Made by a program: the position numbers and the translations under genes. A stretch of 64,000 nucleotides of DNA from Paragordius varius (taxonomy: Eukaryota > Animalia > Nematomorpha): positions 8,866,001 to 8,930,000 of the forward strand of contig OZ176051.1 in assembly GCA_964247055.1 (NCBI GenBank). Reading direction: 5' to 3'. This document shows, piece after piece, positions 24,616 to 37,995 of the stretch. Position 1 is the stretch's first letter, and every line of letters starts with the position of its first letter. The notes beneath the pieces are model-generated. The model saw nothing but the letters and a program-made list of their open reading frames with translations. It did not search any database and was not told the DNA's origin.

Positions 24616-25669
24616 TTTGAAATGGTTGAGATTTAAATATTTGTGTTTATGGGTTTGTCCCCTCGAAATTATTGGTTATTAATTTTTATTTTATTTTATT
24701 CTTTTTAGTGAATTACTGCAATTCAATTGGCACAACAGTTACATGTGTTCGATACAACTGTGATGGCAATTGCTATGGTAAATATATTTTTGCGCGAAAA
24801 TAATCATGCATGTTATAAATACTGACCATAAAAATTGTTTTGTTTAATACCATAATAAATTTATAATTGTTTTAAAATTTAAGGTTTTGGTTTAAGATTA
24901 AATGTTATAATAATTCATTAATCAAATTATAAATAACATTTCAATTATATAAATTAATATAAATTTTATAATGCTTATTACAATGTAGTTATTAATTTTG
25001 ACAAATATCATAGGGTATTGGCTTATAATAGAAAAAGTGAAAAAGATCACTATGAGTCAATAACGTCATTTGTTGTGCAGTAAAAACTGAAATTATACGG
25101 ACAAAACGTAAAAATATAAAGACAAATATATTTTTCTAAAAGACAATCCCATACTTGAATAGATTTATATCAATATAAATCATTGTTTTAAATGATAAAG
25201 TCTGAAATAGATATATATTACTCACACAATCAATTCTATATTTTATATTGTAACCAAATAGCTTATATGAGAAAAAGTAAGGTTTTAAAAGTATGGTTGT
25301 CTTTTAGAAAAAAATGTTTGTCTTTATATTTTTACGTTTTGTCCGTATAATTTTAATTTTTACTGTATATGCTATTCGATAATTAATAACTTTCTAGCAA
25401 TGTATTCTCACTCATATGAAGATACGGAATTTCAAAATATGTTAAAATTCCTAGCGTTTCTATATTAATTTTCCTTATTACGCGCGCTGCTCACATAAAA
25501 ATTTCGTTTGTTCAATTTTTTAGTCTTTTGTTACAAAATTAACTAAAACAATCAAAAAATGATCATATGATTGCACGCGTTATATTTTTGTTTATATTTT
25601 TCTTTATTAACAGGAATATTTGTTGACACCGCAACTGGACAACCGGTATCTTGTTCCACCGTTATATAA
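23088..25669 (+). CDS. Secreted Cys-rich / Thr-rich protein A (184 aa, 6 exons)
   Basis: Exons 23088-23138, 23212-23254, 23924-24082, 24387-24563, 24709-24777, 25614-25669. All junctions are GT-AG and phase-compatible (555 nt). Signal-like MESVNYSAVFSILLVFSAILSVSTS, CxxC...CCCP domain, Thr-rich stalk and 8-Cys C-terminal domain. The first two exons are less certain. Confidence 0.75.
25078..25365. mobile_element. MITE with about 78-bp TIRs (CAGT ends)
   Basis: cagtaaaaactgaaattatacggacaaaacgtaaaaatataaagac... mirrored by ...gtctttatatttttacgttttgtccgtataattttaatttttactg. Related pieces lie at about 39105-39175, 51580-51600 and 56935-57140. Confidence 0.8.
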
Positions 25670-26146
25670 ACTATGTTAGAAATTGAAAATGTTTTTGATT
25701 TGTTTACCAAAAACTTTTTTTAATTGTTTTGATTTTATGCCAAAAAAATATTATTATTTTGCATTTAATAGCCAGATTTAATTATAATGTAGCCAATCAT
25801 TTAAATAGAAACCACCTATTTTATGAATAAATATATTTTAAATTATAATACTGTAAAACAATATTTCATAATTGTTATTATTTTAAATTGAGCGTTTGGA
25901 ATCTAAAAAGATTGGATGGTTGAGTCATTTTTTGTCCCAAGATCCTGACCAGGCTATGTGTTACGGTTCAGGCTAACGAGCATTTATAAAACTAATTTTG
26001 TTTTTGGACTTAACATATAGCTTTAGGAACTAAAAATTTGGGGTTGAGGGCGAACATTAAATTTGTAAAAAATTGATAAATGGTCGCATCCACAGTACAC
26101 AGCAAAAATATGCAGAATATTTAGCAAATAATATTTCAGAATTATG

Positions 26147-26474
26147 CAGGGGCGTACCGATGGGGGGGGCAAGGGGGTGCATCATGCCCCGGGCGCCGTT
26201 ATTTAGGGGCGCCTAAATGATTTTTTAAAATTAAATTGTAATTATGCAAAAATAATAAGAACTTTCAAATGAGATTTTTCAGCAATTTAGGTAATAATCC
26301 CTATAATATATACTCAATTATTCACCTAATTAGTACCATTGAATAAATTTAGTATCATATAAATATATATATTTAATAGATTTAAAATATATATGACTGT
26401 GCTGTCTTATCTATGGTGTTTAGGGTACAAAGTTTGTATTTTTTTACTAAATTGTTTTATTGCCTTTTAAAAAT

Positions 26475-26508
<34 letters not shown>

Positions 26509-26555
26509 ATAAAGGTTTTATGCCCCGGGCGCCGCAAATGCTCGGTACGCCACTG
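26147..26555. mobile_element. hAT-type MITE (409 bp)
   Basis: Perfect TSD GAATTATG (26139-26146 / 26556-26563). TIRs caggggcgtaccga / tcggtacgccactg. Internal gccccgggcgcc motifs and a G29 run. Confidence 0.93.
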
Positions 26556-27134
26556 GAATTATGATGCTCTTTTTAGGTGAAGATTTACGGTCATTTAAAT
26601 TATAAGCACACTTTTATAATAGTAATTTAACCGTATTAGGATCACAAATTTAGCGCACATTATGGTAAATAAAATCAATAAAAGATTCGAATGTTATTAT
26701 CAATTTCATATACGATAATATCACTATAATCCATTACACATGTATTAAATCCAAAACTCAATTGAGTTGGAAATGTTTTAGGTAATGATGCATGGGTATC
26801 GACTTTAACTGTTAGATGGGAAGAAAATGCAAATTTAGTGATTAATAAGGAAACATTGGGCATTTAAACAAAGGAAAATTAAAACAGAACAATGATTACA
26901 CGTTTGAAATAAAATATATAATGTATAATTAGTTAAAAATATTAGGAGATCATACTAAAATAAGTCCGAATTATAGAATTATGATAATATCACCATTCTA
27001 AATGCATACCGAATAATCAAAATATTTTATGTACATGTGTAATATTATATGATCATATATTTGAAGTAATAAGACGCATAATTTTATTCCTGCTGGAATA
27101 TTATTTAATGAGTTTGATTAAAATATGGCAGTAT

Positions 27135-27950
27135 TTATAACAGTATCATCTTCATCCGTACATTATATATCATTAACATGCTTTCCAATGTTATACAAGA
27201 CACCACATGATGTATGATATCTGGAACCTTTTCAGTGGCACCGCGAACTTTGTTTGGGATGGGAAATAGGCTTTTCAATTGTTTAAAGACACGATCTGTG
27301 ATAGAACGTTCGGTTGCATGTATTCTATTGTAGTAATGCTCCATATCAGTCTTTGGGTATCGAACAGGGGTCATAATGGATGGTCGTATTCCATAAGCAC
27401 TGTCGTCACCAAAAAGGCTTCCCTACGCTTTGAGTTCGTTTATAATAATTTTGATAAGACTGTTGCTATATATGCGAGCGTCACATGTCCCACCAAAGCT
27501 CAAAATCTCAATTGATGTCAACGTTTTTGTGGCATTAATAGTGGCCTGAACGTTAAGGCTGTTTTTTTCGGTTTAAGTATAACCAAGCTAGTTTAGATGG
27601 TTTCGAAACTTCAATGTGTGTGCAATCAATAACACCCACAATATTTGGGATGCTGCTTTTGTAAAGGTCTTTTTCCCTTTCAATATCACCAAGACGGGAG
27701 TAGCCAGAAACTTCATCCATTTTTAACACAATCCGGAGCATAAATTTGATAGGTAAGGTATTATTTTTGCTACGCAACTTAGTAATATCCCGAAATCCTA
27801 AGCACCCTTGGATTGTGGTTCTATTAGGTAACGGATAAATATCTTAAACATTTTTCCATAGCCTAAGGACCCAACTTTTTTATTTTGCCTACCTTGTATT
27901 TGAAAGATTTTTTGTGTCATTACATCTATGATGGACGATGAAAAGCGTAA
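27135..27950 (-). pseudogene. PIF/Harbinger (HARBI1-like) transposase pseudogene
   Basis: Minus-strand fragments IPNIVGVIDCTHIEV...YLNRKK, GDDSAYGIRPSIMTP and YNRIHATER match DDE_Tnp_4 motifs. Frameshifted. Confidence 0.8.
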
Positions 27951-28611
27951 AAAGGTTTTACGCCATTTATAGGTATATCACTTTTGATATTCCTTCTTGA
28001 GGTCCGAATCCTTAATAAAAAATGCAAAAAGCGACTGATTATGTACATATATATAAATGTATATTAAGCGGCGATAATTGATCGAACGCCAAAATAGTAA
28101 ATGTTTTAAAAGCTAGAAACTGCATAAAGACATACGAGTATTGATCTAGATTACTATCACTAAGATTTATTACTAATGCAAAAAACATTTAAAAAAGTAA
28201 ATTATTCATTTAATAAAAAAATATTTTACCTATAATCACACGAGGAGCTTTGATAGTTTTAAGTGCTTGACTAAGAAACCAAATAAAATTATATAAGAAT
28301 CTCAAAAGAAAAATCTAAAATACTTGTTGACAATTACAACTAAAAAATTATTGGAAGCATTGGTATCAACATGTCTGTAACTTATGACGTAAAACCAAAT
28401 AATATGAAATTTAATGCTCTATAGAAATAAACAAATTATAAACCCAGAATCGCAAACATACATTAGACTGAGAAAAAAATTTATGGATTCCATGTCGATG
28501 GATTATCCACCATCCAATACCGGATCTTTTATAATATTATTGGACTTTCATCAAAATAATGTAGTTGTCGCAAAAATTTTCAAATTTAAAAAACCGATCT
28601 TATAATAGTAA

Positions 28612-31282
28612 ATGAAAATAACTGAGGAGTTAACTCCGTTTGTATATTGGTCTCAAACCGACGATACCATCAAACTTAAATTGGAAATCACCAATTTATC
28701 AGTTTTATTAGTTTAAATTTTAGGAACAAGACATAAAAATTGATGAAAATTTATTTACATTTTTTGCATATGCCAAAGGATATAATGGCTACAATAATTA
28801 TGCCTTTCAATTAGCATTTTCCTACCCAATAAAGGTATAAAAATGTTGTAATTTAAGAGTTATAAAGTTGTAGAACATGCATATTGTACCGAAATATTTA
28901 TTGAAAAAGATTTTAAACAAAAATGGTCATCTATAACCAAAGACGCTAAACCTACCTGGTTAAAGGTCAATTTTGAAGATTGGTCCGATTCAGAAGATGA
29001 TAAACTTAAAGAGGAATTTTATGATAATGATATGAATAATTATATGGAAGAATATAAATCTCCAGACGAAATAGGTATTTAAAAGTTGTCATGTTTTATA
29101 TGTAGTTGAATGGCAAACGTACAATACTCTATTGTTTTATGATAGCTTCATATTTGTCTGTTATTTAACACTTTGTATCAAAATTTGTTATCAATACCTA
29201 TATGATCCTATTGGTATTAATGCATTTCTTTATCCAATGTAGATTTTAAATCCCATGTCTACCAAAAATATCACCGACACCTTTTAATATTACAAATTTT
29301 GCCAATTATTTTTGAATCTTTATATGCCTTATATAATTTTCATAGCGATAACCGTTTTGTGAGATATAAATGGTACCATAAGATTACTGAAGTATTTTTT
29401 TAAATTTAATTTTTGGATATTACATCGAATATGTATCCAATATTTTTGTCTTGAGCTCATTGTCCCAATGCAAAGTAAACCCATAATTTTTAACTTATAC
29501 CTTGTTTGGATTTTGGATATTCTTTTGAGGTATGGTAAAAATTTATATTTTTTTTTGTATATTTACATTCAAATCTTTAATATCGAATTTTGCCACATGG
29601 TTTTTAATTAAATAAATACAAAACAGTTATTAACTGGAGTATAGTGCATTATTTGATATATTATGTACCTTCCCCTAAGTTTAAATGTCCGAAAAAAACA
29701 TACCTTAATATATTATGTTTAATATTCAGTTTATTTTAATAAAATTTCATAAATTTTAAATGTATTAAAAATAATATTTTTCTAAATCATTATTAACTAA
29801 TTCGATCCTTCAAATAGATACTATCATTGAACAATTATAGTTTAAAAATACAATTTAAATTTAAGTAAGCACGTTGAATTCATAAAGATTATATTTGCAA
29901 CGGTAAAGTGATATGACGTGTAAAGATTAATTTTAATGTTAACATAGGACTTCCAATTGAACTTTCTATACTGTATATTTGATTTTTTAAAATATAATTA
30001 AGAGAATAAATTGTATTTTTAGATAATTTACATCATATCATAATCGTAGATTATTAAATTATAACTTAAAATGAACAACATTATTAATATAAAAATATCA
30101 TTAAAAATTACGTTTATAAGAAAAATTTATTAATATCAGTTGGTAAAAATATTTTTAGCGCTTTTTTTTAAAAAAACTTTATAATAAGCTATGCTGGACA
30201 AATTTAATGATGTTTTAAGACAAAAAACACAAATGGGAAATTTCTATACTGAAATATAAGTGAAATTTATCCTGCGTACATTGACCATTTTGTTTTTAAA
30301 ATTTTAAATTGGGATGAGTTACATTACCCCATACTATTTTACCCAACTTTTATTTTAAATATTGATTGAAATCATATTTTTATATTTCCAACTTAAACCT
30401 TATGATTGTTATCTATTTATAACTAATAACATTCAAATTTTTTATTTTTGTGTACTTATTCCTTATTTTTTGCATTTTAAATCAAGAGTGTCATATATTC
30501 CATATTTGTCTTTTGATTTATATAATTAGATATCCGTATTACATGAGTTGTAGTTTATGCAGCAATTCGATTCCCGATAATACAGAATCTCAGACGAAAT
30601 ACAATAGCAATGATCGTAGTAATAGTATTTTATATGTTACACGATGGTTAAGATATACGGTTTGGATACCAGTTTATTTCCTTTGCTTTATGATTGAATG
30701 TAAGCAATTTTTTCTTTCTAAATTTTATTGGAATGATATGATCATTCATATAAAAAAATCCAATATTTTGCTTGATATTGGAATTTTAAATTACTAATTT
30801 TACCATACATTGTTAAATAAGGCCTTCCAGATATATCAAAAAATACAATTTTTCAATAAAAAGCATATATTTACTTGACCGCAATCATATATAATTTTAC
30901 CATTATGTTTATTTATTTTTAATTAAATCTAACTTAAAACTGCTATATTTAAACATTCATTTTCAAGTGTTAAATTTTCTATTATATAGCTGTTACGGTT
31001 TTGCGAGCGGCATCATTCTACAAGAAATCAGAGGTGGAAAACCCTACTATTAACTACAAACTACAAAAATATGTGAGAATGGATGTTTTGATGGAAACTT
31101 ATACCTTTTTCATGTTAATAGGTGAATGGTTTTTTACTCACTCTTTTTTGCCAAAGTTAATAGTTTTTAAGTTTTATGTTTATCTCTTAGGCATGATTTA
31201 TACCATATATCATGTGTTTGAAAAGCGCAAAAGAATTTTTGGCACCATCTGGGATTTCGTTAAAGTAAAAAAACAAATCTAG
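28612..31282 (+). CDS. HACD3: Very-long-chain 3-hydroxyacyl-CoA dehydratase 3 (PTPLAD1), 390 aa, 9 exons
   Basis: Exons 28612-28701, 28724-28834, 28858-29074, 29106-29213, 29243-29358, 29393-29529, 30530-30699, 30990-31121, 31191-31282 (1173 nt, stop-free). N-terminal p23/CS domain (LTPFVYWSQ; WLKVNFEDWSD), PTPLA core WLRYTVWIPVYFLCFMIE with the catalytic Tyr/Glu spacing, and C-terminal KKQI ER-retrieval motif. Confidence 0.9.
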
Positions 31283-31439
31283 AATCGAACAATGTGGACC
31301 AAACACACATATTAACAAATGAAAGATTTTTATTATATTTTTTGTGTCAGAATAATTGATTTTTGGATTATTCGTATGATTTAATAAATATGAGAATAAA
31401 TTTTAAATTTTGTTTATTATTATCATTATATATAGGTCA

Positions 31440-32030
31440 TAATAATCATAATAATAATTCTAGGTAAGTAAAATTATGAGATCTATTTGCGTATAAATCC
31501 AAAATAATTATATCAATGATGATGTATCGTCTTTGTGTAATGGCTAGCCATTGTATCCGTATAGAACCTGTCTGTAATATTTGCGATCCTGCCAGGCGTT
31601 ATCATCAATTTTGACTTAAATCATTATTTATTGTTTTTTCCAGTTAAATGTTGGTCTGCCCCTGCGATTGTTACCTTCGGGATGTAGGGATAAAATTTTA
31701 TTTGTCCATTGTTCTGGAGCACGTTTGATATCCGAAATATCTATGCCTATTTCGGAGTATAAAATTTAAAGATTCGATTTGGTACAGTTGATGCAAATTT
31801 GAATTTGACTTATTGGGATCGAATAAATTTAGCATCCGCTTTTCTATGTTCATTAGTTTTTTCTCGATTTAATCTGTCATCGGCCATGTCTCGCTTCCAT
31901 ACAGGAGTATGGCACGTATGCCGGCTTTGTAGATCAAACCTTTGTTTTTTCTGATATATGTTTATTTTTGAGCACATTTACCCAAACCTGTTGGGATCTA
32001 TAAATCATTTTTTAAAATTAAAAAAGCCTT
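31440..32030 (-). mobile_element. RTE-clade non-LTR retrotransposon 3' fragment
   Basis: Minus strand reads IYKAGIRAILLYGSETWPM...RRGRPTFNW, the RTE C-terminal signature, followed by an (ATT)n-like tail. Similar to 63230-63780. Confidence 0.7.
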
Positions 32031-32039
32031 TCTATAGAC

Positions 32040-33467
32040 CAGGGCTTCTTAAACTTTTTTAGTTCCCGACCATTTATGATTGCGAATATTTTAACGACCC
32101 GACCCTAACAAATATAAAAGAAAAATAAATTTATATTTTTTGATGATATATTTATTAGGTAACAATATACACGCATATAAAAATATATAAATTTAGAATT
32201 TGTTTTGAAACATATAAAAATCTAAACTAGAAATTTGCACAAAATTTTATAGATTATAGTTTCAAAAACAAAAGTGGATTCTGGCCATCTTAATTCTCTC
32301 GAATATATCCAAGTAGTTGCGTGGTAAATATTAAAGGTAACGTTAAAAAATTAATGAGATGGATGTGCCTGTTTTTTATTGCATAATAAATCAAATCATG
32401 TTGAAACTGCTGGACGTAAGACCTCTTTAACATTTTTATCAAACGATATTGGGTTTTAATGTGTGTTAAAGCTGAGATAATAATTTGACATAAATATGTG
32501 GCGTTGAATGGCAGAAGTATATTTAACGCCATATCGGCGATTGTGGGAAATTCAGTTCTAGTTCCGATCCATTCAGTCAAGGGATTTTTTCGGAATCGTA
32601 GTAAGTTTGAGTCACACGAAAGCTCGGCAAGTTCCTCTTGAGCTTTAAGTGGCAAAATAAGCTAATCCAAAACGGTTTTTGAATTTAAACTATTTTAAAT
32701 ATGTCCGGAACTGTATTTCTAGCGCTTTTTAGTTTTTGCAATAAAAGTTTTACAATAAATTTTCTCAATTACAAAATTGTCGACACTGGAAAAAACATTT
32801 TGAACGAATTTTTTCGACCATACCTTTCCAAATGCTGATCTTTTTAATAACACTTTTAATTTTATCGCGTGAAGTTAATATATCGCAATTTTTTCATTGC
32901 AGAGACAAGGTGATATTGTTAAAATTCGCAAAAATATCTGACAAATAACACAGCTTGGATAGCCACAAGTCATTTTAAAAAGCAGCAAATTCACATTTTC
33001 GTTCAGAAAAAATTATTTCGATCACGTGCTTTAATAACAATAATCTTTTTAAACTTTGACCTCTTGAAAACCAACTGACTAATTAGAATAACATAAAAAT
33101 TGTTCACAATCACACAATGGCTAAATGAAAATAACACAAAATGTTTTAATAGTTTCTTCGAAATAGGGCTTAGAAATTTCGTTGATATTATTCATCAGGT
33201 ATTTCGGTTTTAGGACAATTAATCCACATTTTTTATGAATTATAACATCTTTTGATTCATACTAAATTCAGACAAGATATTATAATGATCGGAATAGAAA
33301 TGCTGGTATAAACACCGAACCAGAAAATTTTATGATATATTTATCTACGATGATTGTTATTTTTTGTTATAACAATAATTTTACAAGTTAAAAAACATTT
33401 TTTGTTAAATTGATTTTTTATCACTCGCGACCCCAAAAAGATCGCGACCCTAGTTTAAGAAGCCCCG
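32040..33467 (-). mobile_element. Internally deleted hAT (Charlie/Buster-like) element
   Basis: TIRs cagggcttcttaaact / agtttaagaagccccg (15/16). TSD CTATAGAC / ATATAGAC (7/8). Minus-strand ORF 32290-32655 has EW...EFPTIADMALNILLPFNATYLC...SALTHIKTQYR (hAT dimerisation region). Confidence 0.9.
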
Positions 33468-33525
33468 ATATAGACGATATTTTATTTTAAAAAATTAAAG
33501 AGATCTTGTCCGTAATGTTATAGAT

Positions 33526-35647
33526 CAGTGATACTCAAACCGCGGCCCGCGGGCCGCATGCGGCCCTAAGAGTGCTTTAAAATTGCCCTATGACCATATT
33601 GATACTTATATTATTTTTTTTATTGATGAATTTTTAAAATAGACATAAACGAATTTTCGCTTATTTTAATATTAATTTATTTTCTTTAGATCTATTTCAT
33701 AATTTCGATTTTTTACCCAATTTGGTAGAAAAATTTCCCTACATAAAATGCTTTCAAAATTTTGACACACGTTGTATCTGTTTCTGTATTCTATTTTTTT
33801 TTCTATTTTGAAATTTTTAAGAATTCCTTTTTTGTATTTAAGCAAGCTTTTCACCCAAACTTGCATATACATATTCCTTTCATAGCGATCCTACATCATT
33901 TTTATAACTCCCATAAAATATTTTTCAAATCAACATCATTAAATTTTTACCTATTTTTTATAGCATAATCAAATTATATTCCTATTTTTTGCAAAAATTT
34001 ACATAATATTTAAATATAAATTTAAAGGATGACATCTAATGCTAAAAAACGTAAATTATCCGATAAAACTCGCTCTTTAAAAAGGAATGGGAAAAAAATT
34101 TTTTGTCGTTTTTAAAAATGTTGATACCTGCCTTATATGCAAGGACAACATAGTTATAAAAAATTACAATATTGAAAGACATTTTACAATCCATCATTCT
34201 CATAAATTACCAGAAAATCATGAGGAAAGAAACGAAATAAATCAAAAATTAAGTACCAGAAAGAAAATCTATTATTTTTATAGCTTTCTCCCAGGAAAAG
34301 CTGTAACATTAGCTTCGTAAGAAATTTATTATATTTTAGAAAAAAATATGAAACCGTTTACTGATTCCCAACTAAAGAATGTCTAATAAGTGGTAGCACT
34401 TTTTTCGATAATAATGGTATATCTATGAAAAAAATTGGTTTAAATCTGCACAGATGGCTGTTCCTCATGAAACGAAGGATTTATCCTTCTTTTGAAAAAC
34501 AAATATAATTTAAAAAATATTTACTCAATAGCAAAACTTGGCTTCCCGTGTAAAAGATGAATCACTCAATTCAGTAATTAAAACGGTTGTGGATATAGTT
34601 AACCACATCCGAGAGAATTTAACAGCCGTATTCTAAACCTTCTGAAAGATATCCACAGCGAGTTTGATGATATTTTTTTGTACACCGCTGTGAGATGGCT
34701 AAGCCTTAGCAAAGTATTAAATAGATTTTTTGTTTTAAGACATGAGATTGTATTATTTATAACAGATAACATGACAAGGAAATTAATAGTGACCAATGGT
34801 GGGTTTTATTGCCTACCTTTGCGACATTTACTTATAGTTATAGTCTTAATACAAGTTTTCAAGAGAGCAGAGTAATAAGCCAATTTGTTAATCAAATATT
34901 TGCTTTTGAAGAAAAATATATAAATAAGGATTTATAAATAAAACACTCCTATATTTTTCAACATTTAAAATAGACAATCATTTATCATTTTTATCTAATG
35001 AAATAAAATTCAGATTTAAAGAACTAAAAAATATTAAAAATTGCTTAAAACTAGTGGAAAATCCATGGTATATGGATATATCCAAGATTAAGCATGAGCA
35101 TCTCGGTTTTGATCAGGCGCATATCATTGAAGAATTCGTAGATTTTAAAAATGATTCCGATTCGGAGGCTATATATAAGGAGAATCGAAGAGAAGAAAGA
35201 TATGTATGGTTTTGACAAGATGTGCCAAATAAATATGAAAGTATAAAAAATGTGCTCAAGTTATCCTAACTGTTTTTTCTCAAGTTACCCGTGGACAGCA
35301 TATTCAAAAGGTATCTTAAGAATAGATACAGAACGCTTAACCGATAATCATATGGACGACGTATTAAGATTGGTCTATCATGAGTCGAAACCAAATTTGT
35401 CAAAAATTGGTTAATATCAAAATAAATGTTGTTATCAAAATATTTAATTTTTTAAACTAAATGGTGCAAAACGAGTTTTTAATTGGATTTACATGCGATC
35501 CGCAAAAAATTAATTGTGCTGATTTAGAGTGTAAATATGTGCATATGTGTCAAATAGCTATGGAATATTTGCCATTATAAGATTCTGGCCCTCGAAAAAA
35601 ATATATATTTTATTTGGCCCGTCAAATTTTTTTGGTCAGTACCACTG
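33526..35647 (+). mobile_element. Defective hAT (Buster/SPIN-like) transposon with both ends intact
   Basis: Perfect TSD TTATAGAT (33518-33525 / 35648-35655). TIRs cagtgatact / agtaccactg. Fragments CLICKDNIVIKNYNIERHF and YTAVRWLSLSKVLNRFFVLR. Same family as 7039-9392. Confidence 0.92.
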
Positions 35648-36411
35648 TTATAGATAATTAATTTAGTTTGTATTTGATCTTGTCTCAAACTACTTAAAAT
35701 AATGGATATCATTGGTGTTGGCAAAAAATTTTCATATTAACTCGGGTGACATATTTTGGTGAAAAAAATTATCAAGATTTTCATAGGACTTTCGTGTCAT
35801 GATAGTTAAATCAACTTTTATGGTAATTGTTTGAATAGAAAAATCGTAATGGCGCACATTGAAATTAATCAAATTTTTTGGGAGAGTAAACTAAAACCGA
35901 TCATATAATAATCTATTATAATAAAAAGCAACACATTGTATTTTCATTATTTATTGTATATGAGCTACAGATATCTTTGACAATGGTTAAAATGTGCTAG
36001 TCGATATAAAGGGCCGAAATTGCGCGATAATTTTTTTTTAAATCGTATTTTATAAAAGGCATACTTGTCGAATCGTGTTTTATGGAACTTTGAAGCGTGG
36101 TAGGTATATTTGAATCCCGTTAAAACCGCAAAATTATCACCTTAAATTTTTATGGAAGTATTCGTAATTTCATAGTGTTATCATGTGTAACCGGTGTCAG
36201 ACTTACTCCTATTTATAATACTAAATAAAAAACGATATTAAATTATTGTTAATGTGATTTTATGGACAAATATATATATGAAAATTTGGTTATTTAACAA
36301 TGTTTTTTTAAGTAAATTCAATTACCATTATTTATTATTCCAATTTCAGATAATAAACATATGTTTGAATTGCAAAAAGGAGGGAAATACGCATTATATG
36401 ATATAAGTTGA

Positions 36412-36891
36412 CACTTGGATACTACACATTCATTTCAGATCTTCGATTCGAATTGGTGTAGTTAAATACCCCAGGCTTGCTTAAATAATATTTTAAAAAA
36501 ATGGGAATATTATATAAAATTAATGAACTAAACATAAAAAAAGATTTATTCAGATTGATCCTAAAGGTGAAAATTAAACCAACATGACATGTGTGCATAA
36601 GCTCAATATAAAAATAATTAAAAATAACCCCTATTTTCTGATTTGATCAAAAACTAATTTTAGCCTTAGAATCAAATAAACACGAAATAGTTCAAGAATG
36701 TTGTAAAATGAAAATGGCGTCCAATAGTTCAATACGAAACTTTTTTAAAAACTAAATTTTATTTAGTTATTTTGACTTATTTATGTAATTTATATTAGGG
36801 TAGAAGCATTAATTTAAATTACCTTTTTATTAGTAGTTTTTTAAAATATCTACTTGTCTGGGGTATAGAGAGTCCAATTTGAATCGAAGTG
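36412..36891. mobile_element. TTAA-type MITE, second copy
   Basis: Homologous to 1454-1969 (cacttggatac.acacattcatt; gacatgtgtgca; gtctggggtata). Flanked by TTGA / TTAA. Confidence 0.65.
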
Positions 36892-37995
36892 TTAAGCCTA
36901 TTTTAAATAAATTATATGTTTGAATATTTTGAGTTTACTGACTTAAACACCGTATAAAACGCTTTTATAACCGGTAAGATCTAGTCCCCTACCTAAGCCT
37001 GGTAGTTTCGCATACCGAACTCGTTTTTTTCATTCAAACTCAACACCTACTACTTTATGTGTTCTCCATTAATCTTCAATTAAATTCATTTTTTCTATAA
37101 TCTATATTTCATTATTTATTTATTAAATAAAATACAATTATTTTGTAGTTTGAAAAATAGTTTTTTATATATTTTTGGTTTCAAAAAAATTGTTGATTTT
37201 GCATGAAAAAGTGTTGAATTTAATTGGAAGTGTTGTTTGAAAAAGGTTTTGGAGTTGAAAAAGTTATATTTATACATTGAAATAAATACTTTAAGTCTTT
37301 TTAAAAGAATGTGTGTTAGTGGTAAACTTAAAACACATTAATATTTACAGAACTATTTTCCTAGAAAATATATAAAAGCCTGCCTTCCTGACGGATGAAA
37401 GTATCGCTTTAATAAACCGGTGAATGCAATTTAAATTTTTTTAATGAATAAATTTAATTTGATTTATAAGCGGTGACACCTACTATAAAATGAAATCCAT
37501 CAATTAAGTTTTTATCAAATGTATGGATAATTTTATGTGCGTTAAGGCTATACCTTAATTAAACTTAAAACAAATATTCCTTGTAACAATATATGAATAT
37601 ATTTATGATGAAGGACAGTCTTTATTAATTAATGAAATTAAAACTATAAAAAAAAAGGTGTGTAATTTTTTTTTCAATTAACTCCCCATTTTAACGTCGT
37701 CATGAAACTTAATTGAAAATGATATGATATAATATAACTTTTATTTCAGTTTAGATAACAAGTGCTTTTCAATCAAATCAAGAGGTTTGATCTCATATAT
37801 ATTTATCATTCGTTTTTCCTTATAAAAATATTAAATACACCCCCTTCGATTTAAATTCATTAATAAAAATAACATAACTGGTCACATAATGGGTGTTAAA
37901 AGTTGATTATTTATTAAAGTTAACTCATAAAAATAATTATAACTTTTACATTTTTATATTTCTTCGCAAAGTAAAAAATATTAAGTCGTCAAAGT

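Noticed and set aside
31122-31190. Reading the 69-nt HACD3 intron 8 as coding
   Set aside because: It is stop-free and in frame, but it has good splice signals and its removal restores collinearity with HACD3. Occasional retention cannot be excluded.
33185-33205. Other CTGATGA matches (also about 16476 and 14008) as hammerheads
   Set aside because: None has a stem II followed by correctly placed GAAA and NUH.
36900-37500. Possible mitochondrial rRNA or structured RNA
   Set aside because: No conserved rRNA, tRNA or ribozyme motifs could be matched.
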